From the sequence record SRR31156797_1849: a DNA stretch of 50,622 bases; one strand, 5' to 3'. Within the stretch, counting starts at the first letter, position 1. Every line of letters begins with the position of its first letter. Shown here in pieces: positions 27,372 through 36,305 of this stretch. A program made the translations under genes and the position numbers. Under the pieces are notes generated by a model. The model worked only from the letters and a program-made list of their open reading frames with translations, was not told the origin of the DNA and did not search any database.

Positions 27372-28325
27372 CTAATTTTTAAGTCGCCAGTTCCAGTAAG
27401 TGTAGGGCATGAGGAGATGTATTCCCCAGAAGCCCGCATAGTACAGGTACAAACTCTTTTCATCAACCACTGGTGATGCAAAACCAACCCCGCCAAGCTC
27501 GTGATTATTTAGTTTCTCTAAAAGAGTTGTTGTTTGAGATTGGTCAAGGTTTTTTCTTTTGAGTCCGCTGTAATCCAGAACTTCCAAAGGTAATGACCAG
27601 GTTTCAAGATCTTTTGAGGTTGTCATCCATATTTTGCTGCCCCATGAAGTCCTGTTGGACGCTCTGAAATAAATTTTCCATTCGTTGTTAAAGTAAACAA
27701 GGGAAGGATTATTAATAAAACTTGCTTCAGGTAATTGTACGTCAACTACAGAGTCTATTTGCCAGTTTGTGATATCTTTGCTGGACCGGGCCAGAAAAAA
27801 AGATTTGGAATCTGAACTGAATGCGCCAACCATGATGTTCTGATAAATATGGAAATCATCGCACAGAACAGGAGTGTTGTTCTGGTGTACTATGAGATTG
27901 TTGTCTTGCTCCATATTATCAAACGGCGCGATGCGGAGTGATTTTTGTGCATCGCCATTTGTCCAGACCAGATAATTTTGGTTTTGGTGGATTAATAATC
28001 TTGGGCACATATTGTAATCGCCATGGCATCTGACTTTTTTAATATTGCCGAATTCGTAAGGAGTCGATGAGGTCCCGTGATACAGGGCTGCAGTACGCTC
28101 ATTTCTACGTAAGTTATCGGTGCCGGTGAATATTATGTGCCACTCTTGGCCCTGTTTCCATACTAAAGGCCAGTATGCCATATCGTAATCGTGATTATGC
28201 CCTGTATCAATTATCGGTCTGATATGTCTGGTCCAGTTTATGCCGTCTTGAGACTTAGCGACAAGGATCTTGTCCCGACCATAGACAGGGAAAAATTTAT
28301 CAAGGGTGTAAAGTAAATTCCGCAT
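27372..28325 (-). CDS. Hypothetical protein, possible five-bladed beta-propeller (GH32/43/130-like)
   Basis: Repeated S-x-D-x-x-x-W motifs (SQDGINW, SKDITNW, SKDLETW); NPSLV, LYLYYAG. Confidence 0.45.
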   Translation of the reverse strand: MRNLLYTLDKFFPVYGRDKILVAKSQDGINWTRHIRPIIDTGHNHDYDMAYWPLVWKQGQEWHIIFTGTDNLRRNERTAALYHGTSSTPYEFGNIKKVRCHGDYNMCPRLLIHQNQNYLVWTNGDAQKSLRIAPFDNMEQDNNLIVHQNNTPVLCDDFHIYQNIMVGAFSSDSKSFFLARSSKDITNWQIDSVVDVQLPEASFINNPSLVYFNNEWKIYFRASNRTSWGSKIWMTTSKDLETWSLPLEVLDYSGLKRKNLDQSQTTTLLEKLNNHELGGVGFASPVVDEKSLYLYYAGFWGIHLLMPYTYWNWRLKN

Positions 28326-28337
28326 ATTGTTTCCAGT

Positions 28338-30371
28338 CTACCGGGGCGTAAGAGGATTGCCGTACCGTGCAATCCATGCTTCAACAAGCTTCAGGCTTCC
28401 ATAATAGTTGAGATGGTTATCGTCACAGTACATGGGTAGCCCTTCAATTACCGCAAGACATTTTCCTTCCGGATAATCAGGGCAAAGAATTTTTTTTGGA
28501 TCAATGACGATCATGGTCGGAAATTCCTTTTTCAGATTATCAATCACTGAATCTTCAAATCCATGTCTTTCAGCTACCTCTGCAGCCGGGATTTCTGTGG
28601 GGTAGCTGGTGCCGAAAGCCATGTTCTTTACATAATTTGTAGAGAGCATAGCTTTTACATACGGAACATCTTTGAAAACAACGGGAATTTTTCCTCTACT
28701 GACAAGATATTCAATGCTGTCTCGAAGTCCCAATGCAAAGCTTTTTTTGTTGTCTTCAACTATATCTCCGCTTTGCTTCATGCCTTTGTAGGTCATTTTT
28801 TGCGGGGCATCGTTTCCTTTGAAAATTCTGGAATAATAAAATGCGGCGATAAAAACATACTTTATTTCAGAATCATCAATCAGCCTGCTCCAATAGTCGA
28901 TCATCTCGGATTTGTCCTTACGCAGGACAAGTTCTTTATTGATGTCACGATCATAGAAAGTCACGTTGCGCAGATATGGAGTACTGTCCCGGGCAATCTG
29001 GACACCTTTGATGCCCATACCTTCTGAAATGACTTCCACAAAGGGACGGATAGCCGTGGCATGTGAGTCGCCGATCAGCAGTGCGTTGATGGGACCGGGA
29101 ACTTCATCTCCCCAGACGGTCCTGTTATTGACCACATGGGTGTTTGTCGGCGATCCCTTGCCGAGTTGTGCTTCAGGATAAAAAGTGTAGGGAGTGCTTT
29201 CCACAGCGACAATGGATGAAATAAGTTCATCGGAGAAGCGTCCGGGAAATCCTGAGTACTTTTTGGTTGCATAGTAGAACCCGCCGCAGAGTAGTGCCGG
29301 GATGAGCACTAAACTGATAAAAAGGGTTGTAAAACTCTTCTTACTTCTACGGAAAGGGTTCTCCACAAAGCGGTAGGATAAAATAGAAACGATCAGGCTC
29401 AGGGTAATCGCTTCCCAACGGTATTCTGCAACTTCATATCCGGCGTAGGCAATGAAGGCCAGCGGCGGCCAGTGCCAGAGGTAAAATGAGTATGAAATCT
29501 TGCCGATGCCGACCATTGGTCCGCTGGAAAGGAATTTTTTTACCGGACACCAATGCTCTTTCTGCGGCAGGAGCAGGAGGGTTGATCCCAGACAGGGCCA
29601 GAAGGCATTTATGCCGGGAAAAGCCATTTTTTCCCTGTATAATGTGGCCGGAATAAAGATAAGTATTAAGCCTATAACAGAAAGCAGAGGTCCCAGATTA
29701 ATCCTTCCAGCCTTAAGCTCCAGAGGCTTTCTTACGGCGATGGCTAAGCCGGCACCCATGAAAAGCTCAAATGCTCTGGCAGGGATCATATAAAAGGCGA
29801 ATTCCGGGTAGGTGATGAGATATTGGGACAGGCCGATCATGGCGGCCAGTGATGTCAGTATAAGAGTCAGATGAAATTTTTTTGGTATGTATTTATAGGC
29901 CAGCAACAAGACCAGCGGCCATATGAAATAGAATTGCTCTTCAACTGCTAAGGACCATGTATGGGTTAGTGGGAAGGCCTGCACATATGTTCGCCAGTAG
30001 CCGCCGAAAAAGCGCCATAAAAAGAAGTTTGACCATGATGTGGAGGTGGCGAATTGAGCTTCAGCATAACTGATGAGTCTTTCTGGGAACAATATGAATA
30101 AACTGGCGATGGTGACGCAAAAGAGCATGAACAGGAGCGCAGGAAGAATCCTGCGAATCCTTCTGATATAGAAGTTTTTGAATGAGAATGTTTCCCGGTC
30201 TATTTCAGAGATAATAATTGAGGTGATCAGGTAGCCGGAAATAACGAAAAATATATCGACACCTATGAATCCGCCCTCAAATGCTGCAAATTTGCAGTGT
30301 CCAAGGACAACTAGGAGGATGGCTATGGCACGCAGGCCGTCTATATCTCTGCGGTAAGGAATGGAACTCAT
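28338..30371 (-). CDS. Acyltransferase-3 / SGNH fusion O-acyltransferase (OafA-like)
   Basis: DIDGLRAIA, GGFIGVDIFFVISGYLIT, HTWSLAVEEQFY, ISYSFYLWHWP, GDSHA, DDNH. Confidence 0.92.
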   Translation of the reverse strand: MSSIPYRRDIDGLRAIAILLVVLGHCKFAAFEGGFIGVDIFFVISGYLITSIIISEIDRETFSFKNFYIRRIRRILPALLFMLFCVTIASLFILFPERLISYAEAQFATSTSWSNFFLWRFFGGYWRTYVQAFPLTHTWSLAVEEQFYFIWPLVLLLAYKYIPKKFHLTLILTSLAAMIGLSQYLITYPEFAFYMIPARAFELFMGAGLAIAVRKPLELKAGRINLGPLLSVIGLILIFIPATLYREKMAFPGINAFWPCLGSTLLLLPQKEHWCPVKKFLSSGPMVGIGKISYSFYLWHWPPLAFIAYAGYEVAEYRWEAITLSLIVSILSYRFVENPFRRSKKSFTTLFISLVLIPALLCGGFYYATKKYSGFPGRFSDELISSIVAVESTPYTFYPEAQLGKGSPTNTHVVNNRTVWGDEVPGPINALLIGDSHATAIRPFVEVISEGMGIKGVQIARDSTPYLRNVTFYDRDINKELVLRKDKSEMIDYWSRLIDDSEIKYVFIAAFYYSRIFKGNDAPQKMTYKGMKQSGDIVEDNKKSFALGLRDSIEYLVSRGKIPVVFKDVPYVKAMLSTNYVKNMAFGTSYPTEIPAAEVAERHGFEDSVIDNLKKEFPTMIVIDPKKILCPDYPEGKCLAVIEGLPMYCDDNHLNYYGSLKLVEAWIARYGNPLTPR

Positions 30372-30464
30372 GATTTATGCTTTCTTAAGACGTTGTCGAT
30401 TCTTCTGTTCCTGCATCCTGAAGATGCTTGTTTTCGCTTGAACCTTTGCGGCCAAGAAGTCTGC

Positions 30465-30500
30465 AACGGGCCTGCCTTCAATTATGAAGACAGGCCCGTT
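30465..30500. other. Intergenic hairpin (possible terminator or mRNA-stability element)
   Basis: AACGGGCCTGCCTTCA-ATTA-TGAAGACAGGCCCGTT; no clear T tract. Confidence 0.5.
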
Positions 30501-30556
30501 ATGTCCAGTGTTATCTTGTCGACTTTTTGAAAGATGAGCCGATTTATATTTGGCAC

Positions 30557-31540
30557 TTAAAGGTTCTTTCCGCAGTCGATTACCTGCAGGGCGAGATCAA
30601 GGGCTTTGTAGCCGTCTTCGCCGGTGACCTTGGGGGTGCCGTTGGTTTTGCATGTTTCAAGGAAGGATTCAATCTCAACCCGCAGGGGTTCTTTCTTGAG
30701 AACTCTGAATCTTGTCATATCGCCTTCTTCTACGCCGAATTTGGTGGTGAACCATTCACTCTTGGTTTCGTTTTGCTCAGCAGCGTAGTTGGAGTTGAAG
30801 GTGAGGTTCTGGTTAAGGTAATCCACAGTGAACATGCCGTTCTCACCGGTAACAGTTATTTCGCGGATTTTGGTGGGGGTAACCCAGTTTACATCAAGAA
30901 TGCCGAGGATACCGTTTTCCAGACGCAACAGACCGCAGACGATATCTTCATTGTCAGTGTTCATCACGCTTGAAGTTGCTGCTTTAAGGGATGTGATTTC
31001 GGACTGAGTAATAAAACGCATCATGTCCAGTTCGTGGGTTGCGAGGTCACTGGCCACTCCTACGTCAGTAATACGTCCGGGGTAGGGAGACTGACGGCGG
31101 GAATGAACGGTGAAAACTTTTCCAAGCTGTCCTGCTTCAAGTCTTTCTTTCAGCTGAAGTACGGCAGGGTTAAAGCGTTCAATGTGTCCGACCTGAAGAA
31201 CTTTACCGGTTTCTTCTGCCTTTTCGATCATTTCCCTTGCTTCTTCAAGAGTTTTGGCAATGGGCTTTTCTACCAGCACGTGGATTCCTGCTTCAAGGCA
31301 ATCCAGAGTTGCTTGCTGATGAAGCTTGGTGGGTAAGGCAATGGTAACTGCTTCAGGTTTTTCTTTTTCGATCATCTCGCGGTAGTCTGCGTAAGGACGT
31401 CCACCATAAAGTGCGGTCAGCTTTTCAGTCTGATCTTTGTTTACATCCGCGATACCTACCAGTTCGCATCCTACTATGTCGGAGTACAGGCGTACATGGT
31501 TCTGGCCCATGGATCCTGTTCCGATAACTGCTACTTTCAT
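30557..31540 (-). CDS. Gfo/Idh/MocA oxidoreductase (WbpB-like sugar 3-dehydrogenase)
   Basis: VIGTGSMG, HVLVEKPIA, VGHIERFNPA, DLATHELD. Confidence 0.85.
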   Translation of the reverse strand: MKVAVIGTGSMGQNHVRLYSDIVGCELVGIADVNKDQTEKLTALYGGRPYADYREMIEKEKPEAVTIALPTKLHQQATLDCLEAGIHVLVEKPIAKTLEEAREMIEKAEETGKVLQVGHIERFNPAVLQLKERLEAGQLGKVFTVHSRRQSPYPGRITDVGVASDLATHELDMMRFITQSEITSLKAATSSVMNTDNEDIVCGLLRLENGILGILDVNWVTPTKIREITVTGENGMFTVDYLNQNLTFNSNYAAEQNETKSEWFTTKFGVEEGDMTRFRVLKKEPLRVEIESFLETCKTNGTPKVTGEDGYKALDLALQVIDCGKNL

Positions 31541-31575
31541 TTTTAATCCTGTTTTTCTTGGGTTATTTATCCTGA

Positions 31576-32193
31576 TTAGGATTTGTTTATGATAGTGACT
31601 AGCCCGCATTTCGGGCATTTCACTTCAAAGTCCTTTTCTTCAGTCGGTTCGAGCGGCAGTTTGTTGCTGCATGGGCATACGTATCCGTGCAGACGTGCCG
31701 GGTTGCCGTATACTAGTCCGTAATCGGGGACATCCCGGGTGACTACGCTGCCTGCCCCGATGACGGCCCATCTGCCGATAGTATTTCCGCAGACGATGAC
31801 CGATCCGGCCCCTATGCCGGCTCCAGTCTTGACCAGAGTTTTGAAACATTCCCAGTCGGAGGCATCCTGAAGTGTGCCGTCTGGATTGATTGCTCTGGGA
31901 AACTTGTCGTTGGTAAAGTTTACCGCCGGTCCGACCATGACGCCGTCTTCAATGGTCACACCTCTGAAAATATTGCAGTAGTTCTGTATTTTTACACGGT
32001 TGCCAATGACAGCTTCCAGATCAATGAAGGCTCCCTTACCGATAATGGTTTCGCTGCCAACAGTGCTTCTGGGGCGTATCTGAACATTTTGCCAGATATA
32101 AGTATTTTCACCGATGCTTGATTCCGGTGAGACATCAGCAGTGGGGTGAACGTAGCCCGTGTTGTTTTCTTTATTTTTTGCTTGCATATGCAT
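31576..32193 (-). CDS. Hexapeptide-repeat N-acetyltransferase (WbpD-like)
   Basis: VHPTADV, GNRVKIQN, FTNDKFPR, IGAGSVVTRDVP, YGNPAR, CPC...CPKC. Start 32193 or 32187. Confidence 0.88.
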   Translation of the reverse strand: MHMQAKNKENNTGYVHPTADVSPESSIGENTYIWQNVQIRPRSTVGSETIIGKGAFIDLEAVIGNRVKIQNYCNIFRGVTIEDGVMVGPAVNFTNDKFPRAINPDGTLQDASDWECFKTLVKTGAGIGAGSVIVCGNTIGRWAVIGAGSVVTRDVPDYGLVYGNPARLHGYVCPCSNKLPLEPTEEKDFEVKCPKCGLVTIINKS

Positions 32194-33328
32194 CTTTTTC
32201 CCATCCATAATCTTTGAAACGTCTTCCGGTAAGTTTGAAAACAAAGAAGAGTATTCTATCGCAAACTACTTCCGGGTTGTGTTGCCTGTGTACCCACCTG
32301 TATAACCTGCTGGCTTTTTCTTGTAGAAAATCGTGATTATTACAGGCCATCAGCTGTTTGTATATTTCGTCCTCTGACCAGCAGTTTATTACAGGCGGAG
32401 TATCTCCCCCGTACTGCAGGCGAGAGCAATTTTCCTGAATGTAAGTCATTACCGGACGCCCTGAAGCCATTGCTTCTGCCGCAATTCCACCGACAGCCCC
32501 TACATCAAACTGGTCCACGACAACATGGCATTGCTCAAAAGTCTTAAAGAGCTCGTCCCTGCTGAGATTCTTTTTCCAGATAAAGCGGTCTGCAATTCCA
32601 GATTCATTAACAATCTTTTTTGCTTGTTCTCTATCGGAGCCTCTGTCAAGGATTATGCATTCTGCGTCCAGTCCATCGTTGACCGCTTTAATGAAGGATC
32701 GCAGGAAACGGTCATTTCCTTTAGTAGAGTTTCTGTTAGGGCTTGAGTCCGTTGCTTTCCAGTCCAGATGTGCGGGGTGGAAAAATTTAAGTCTGCCGCT
32801 TTCCGGCAGGGGGTATCTGGTTTCCGGCAGCCTGAATGCCGGGAATGGAAAGAAATAGGTTTTTTGTATGTTAAATTTTTGTATGTTCTTGAGAGCATGG
32901 GGATATTCGACCATCCAGTTCAGCGCAGATGTTCTGAGATGAAGTCTGTAAAGAAAAGCTTTGAAGCTTGATTCTCCCAAGAATTCAGTTGTATCCGAGC
33001 CTGTAGCAATATTAACTATAGGAGGGAAACAGGGGAGAAAACGCAACGGATATATCGGTTTCAGCGGACCGAGTACCGAGGCTGTGAAGCTCATGAGTAC
33101 CCGGCATGAGCATGCTTTTCTGTAAAAATCCATACTGCTTTTGAAAGAGTAGACATCATAAGAGTTTGTACCGTTATGATAATTGTCTACGATCTCAGTT
33201 TGTTTTCCAAAATGGGTTTTGTCCAGAACCAGCACTTTCGGACCAAGTTTTGAAAGGGTGTCCGCAAGGTTCATGTCATTGGAACACAGATCACCTATGA
33301 TTCCTATGTCGTACTTTTTGAAAAACAT
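32171..33328 (-). CDS. Glycosyltransferase (GT-B, GT4-like)
   Basis: KGNDRFL, VVVDQFDVGAVGGIAAEAMASGRPV. Confidence 0.8.
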   Translation of the reverse strand: MFFKKYDIGIIGDLCSNDMNLADTLSKLGPKVLVLDKTHFGKQTEIVDNYHNGTNSYDVYSFKSSMDFYRKACSCRVLMSFTASVLGPLKPIYPLRFLPCFPPIVNIATGSDTTEFLGESSFKAFLYRLHLRTSALNWMVEYPHALKNIQKFNIQKTYFFPFPAFRLPETRYPLPESGRLKFFHPAHLDWKATDSSPNRNSTKGNDRFLRSFIKAVNDGLDAECIILDRGSDREQAKKIVNESGIADRFIWKKNLSRDELFKTFEQCHVVVDQFDVGAVGGIAAEAMASGRPVMTYIQENCSRLQYGGDTPPVINCWSEDEIYKQLMACNNHDFLQEKASRLYRWVHRQHNPEVVCDRILFFVFKLTGRRFKDYGWEKDAYASKK

Positions 33329-33382
33329 GGATAACTACTCCTGAACGATTCTGTTGGTGACAAACAGCCCGGCGCGAGGACT

Positions 33383-34498
33383 TTAAATCCTGCTGCTAGG
33401 GCAGTTTTTGCAAAAAGCATAGTCGCCTTTGGTCTTTTTGAATTTAGACCGGAATTTTACAGCTTTTTCACTGTTCCATACCCCTGAAAAACCATCCTTG
33501 AAAACATTACCAAAAGACATTGATACCGGAGCATACGGCTGAACCGCGCAGCAGGGGAACATTTCCCCATCGCTGTTAATGAATGCTCCTGACAGCGCAG
33601 AGGGGCAGTTTCCGGTAAAGTCATTGAAAAGGGTTTTATCCCGCATAAGTCCGGTTTTCGGGTCAAGTTTATAAAGGTCGTATTCAGGAAATCTTGTTGT
33701 CTTCCATTCTTCATACTTTTCAACAGTAGTAGTGATGGGCATTGTTGAAAGCATCTGATAGTTTTCCGGCGGAATCATGAATCCACCTTTGTAGATGGTC
33801 ACGAAATCGTAGTGATCGAAAAGTTCGAGCGCTTTCTCATAATCCAGTTCGCTGTAGCTGTTGAGCAGGAAACGCATCTGTATTTCAACCGGATTTTCTT
33901 TCTTGGCGTTAAGTTCGCAGAAAGCAGTCATTCTTCTGATTACGTTGTCGATACTTCCGCCGATTCTGTATTTTGAATACGATTCCGGGGTGATACAGTC
34001 CAGGGCGAAGTGCAGTACCGAAATCTTTGCTTCAGCTAATTTTTCCGGATCAAAGACGCTTCCGTTAGTCTCAAGGGTTACAAAAAGTCCTTTTTCATAA
34101 GCATAGTCGATCATCTCATAGATGTTGGGGTGCAGAAAACTCTCCCCGCATCCGGTAAGTGAAAGATACCATGTCTTATGACAGACTGAGTCAATGAATT
34201 CCTTGTATTTGTCGAAATCCATGTAGCGGTCACGTTCCGCCAGTCTGGCTTTACCTTCAGGCATGCCATGGGAGCATGACAGGCAGCGGTAGTTGCACTG
34301 GGTAGTGGGCTCAATGAGAATCTGTGTCGGAAAATAGGGCAGTTTGCCTGTGTATTTCAGCTTAGAGTTGGTTTTAGACAATGCAATATTGAACAGCTTA
34401 GAGCTGATATGCTTGCTCTTCAAAAGGTATTTAAGCTTGTCCAGCTGTGAATATCTTTGAACGAAAACGGATTTGCCTTTGCGGATAAGTGCCTTCAT
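33383..34498 (-). CDS. Radical SAM / SPASM-domain protein
   Basis: IEPTTQCNYRCLSC (CxxxCxxC), GCGES, ETNG; C-terminal CPSA...DGEMFPCC...GNV...WNS...CKNC. Confidence 0.9.
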   Translation of the reverse strand: MKALIRKGKSVFVQRYSQLDKLKYLLKSKHISSKLFNIALSKTNSKLKYTGKLPYFPTQILIEPTTQCNYRCLSCSHGMPEGKARLAERDRYMDFDKYKEFIDSVCHKTWYLSLTGCGESFLHPNIYEMIDYAYEKGLFVTLETNGSVFDPEKLAEAKISVLHFALDCITPESYSKYRIGGSIDNVIRRMTAFCELNAKKENPVEIQMRFLLNSYSELDYEKALELFDHYDFVTIYKGGFMIPPENYQMLSTMPITTTVEKYEEWKTTRFPEYDLYKLDPKTGLMRDKTLFNDFTGNCPSALSGAFINSDGEMFPCCAVQPYAPVSMSFGNVFKDGFSGVWNSEKAVKFRSKFKKTKGDYAFCKNCPSSRI

Positions 34499-34500
34499 TA

Positions 34501-35553
34501 TTAGCTCTCCACCTTTTTGGGATTCAAATTTTTCACTGTGCGTTTTACTGCGGATAAAATATTTTTTGCCATGCCTTGCCCCCATCTGAGGAATTTGATC
34601 AGCATATCTTTGGATTTGCAGGTCGTCTTTTCATAAATGAAATATTCAACGAGTTTCCCACCCCATGAAAGTTTGAATTTCATGATGTTCTGCATTTTGG
34701 GGTCCTCTGATTCCGGTTCTGCCCCGACCCAGTCTATCCATTTAATGCCGCGTTCAACAGCTTGCTCAATTACAAACCACTGCAAGGCATAGTTAGCAAA
34801 AGTTTTATTGTAACGTGCTTCAGGCGCAAGGGCGTTGCCTTCAAGTATGGCTACATCTTTGCCCCATCTTACGGCCTGCCATGCCATAGGTTCGCCATCA
34901 AGGGTGGCAACCAGAAAATCAAAATTATTTGAATCGTAATTGTCGGCTGAAGTCAGAAATCTGTATGTGGCATCATCGTTTCTGTTTTTAATTTTTTGCC
35001 ATTTTTTCACATGCTCTGGATCGCAGGTTTGGCTAATCTCCAGATTTGCTTCCAGAGATCGCCTGACTTTGCGTCTGGTTTCTGACTTAAGCATTTTAAA
35101 CGCTGCATCCTTGCCCTTGCGGATATCCAAGACAACAGTATGCATTTTGACTTTGTCGAATCCAGCCTTCCCAAACGCGTTATCAAAAATAGTTTTCAGT
35201 TCAGGGTTGTCCTGAAACAAATACAGAGGCGGAGTTGCGGACAGCTTCACCATGGACATTTTTTTAGCAATTCCCTCAGCGTACTCTATCCATTGCTCAA
35301 TATTCTTTTCACTGTAGGCAGCAGAAAGCGGGCCGTTGAATGCCTGCATATGGAACAGCTTGAAAAGCCTTGATAAAAAAGAACCTGCTTTGGTGCTTAT
35401 GTCGAAAACATCCCTTAAAAGCACAGGACATGCACACTCACTAGTATCGATGGTGATCCTGTAAGGTATGCCGCCACTTCTGGCATCCTTGACCGCTCCG
35501 GACTCTGTTCCTTCGTGCCAGTATGTTCTGGCGGAATAGTTAGACGTGTTCAT
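34501..35553 (-). CDS. FemAB/GNAT-fold acyl- or aminoacyl-transferase
   Basis: TVVLDI, ETRRKVRRS, ANYALQWFVIEQA..RG..WIDWVG, FKLSWGG; AGGAG RBS before ATG 35553. Confidence 0.75.
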   Translation of the reverse strand: MNTSNYSARTYWHEGTESGAVKDARSGGIPYRITIDTSECACPVLLRDVFDISTKAGSFLSRLFKLFHMQAFNGPLSAAYSEKNIEQWIEYAEGIAKKMSMVKLSATPPLYLFQDNPELKTIFDNAFGKAGFDKVKMHTVVLDIRKGKDAAFKMLKSETRRKVRRSLEANLEISQTCDPEHVKKWQKIKNRNDDATYRFLTSADNYDSNNFDFLVATLDGEPMAWQAVRWGKDVAILEGNALAPEARYNKTFANYALQWFVIEQAVERGIKWIDWVGAEPESEDPKMQNIMKFKLSWGGKLVEYFIYEKTTCKSKDMLIKFLRWGQGMAKNILSAVKRTVKNLNPKKVES

Positions 35554-35589
35554 CAGACCTGTCTCCTGTGCTGCTCTGGATCGTCGCAA

Positions 35590-36267
35590 TTATTTCTTTT
35601 GGTAAATAAAAAAATCAACAAACAGGTCATTGTATTCGTCATTGATGGGCACATCGTTTTTGATATGGCTGAGCTGTTTCCATTCAGGTTTGTTATCTTT
35701 AATCCAGTCGGTAAACTTGCGGTGTTTCACATGTTCGGCCTGAAGCTTGTACTGCTGGGTGGTATCGGTGGAGTAAAGAATGACATATGCATTGGACGAA
35801 TCAAAAAGACGGTCCATATAGGCAGTAAAAATCTCGTCTTCTACAAGGTGGTAGATAACGTCCAGCGAAAGGGTCAGTTCGGCTGTTTCTCCGTCGTAGT
35901 CGTTCACGGCCTTGAAATTTTTGCTTTTATCTCCAGCGTATTTAGCGCTGCACTGTTTTACCGCTTCGGCACTAACATCAAAGCCGAGGTAGGCCGGATA
36001 GTTGATCATACCAAGCTGGTTACCGTCTCCACACCCATATTCGATGACGGTTTCCACTTTATGCTCAGAGAGGAAGCCGTTAAGTACCCGGGCCTTGAAT
36101 TCAGAAGACTGGCCGTAGGATCCTGCTCCTGAATTGCCGCCGGAATTGTATCTGTCGTTCCAATAGTCAGCAGAACTTGAAAATTCGGGCTGTTTCAATA
36201 TGAATTTAGTATACAGGTAGTTGGCAATTGTATTTATTACTGGAATTTTTTTAATAATTTCTTTCAT
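35590..36267 (-). CDS. Class I SAM-dependent methyltransferase
   Basis: YWNDRY..GGNSGAGS, VIEYGCGDG, LSLDVIYHL. Confidence 0.8.
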   Translation of the reverse strand: MKEIIKKIPVINTIANYLYTKFILKQPEFSSSADYWNDRYNSGGNSGAGSYGQSSEFKARVLNGFLSEHKVETVIEYGCGDGNQLGMINYPAYLGFDVSAEAVKQCSAKYAGDKSKNFKAVNDYDGETAELTLSLDVIYHLVEDEIFTAYMDRLFDSSNAYVILYSTDTTQQYKLQAEHVKHRKFTDWIKDNKPEWKQLSHIKNDVPINDEYNDLFVDFFIYQKK

Positions 36268-36305
36268 TTGACGTCCCTATATTTGTAACTTTTATTGTTT
36301 GTCTT

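Noticed and set aside
33383-34498. Radical SAM/SPASM as a RiPP maturase
   Set aside because: No precursor peptide, RRE partner or peptidase-transporter evident; the context is entirely glycan biosynthesis.
35515-36132. 205-aa plus-strand ORF
   Set aside because: Antisense shadow of the methyltransferase within a minus-strand operon.
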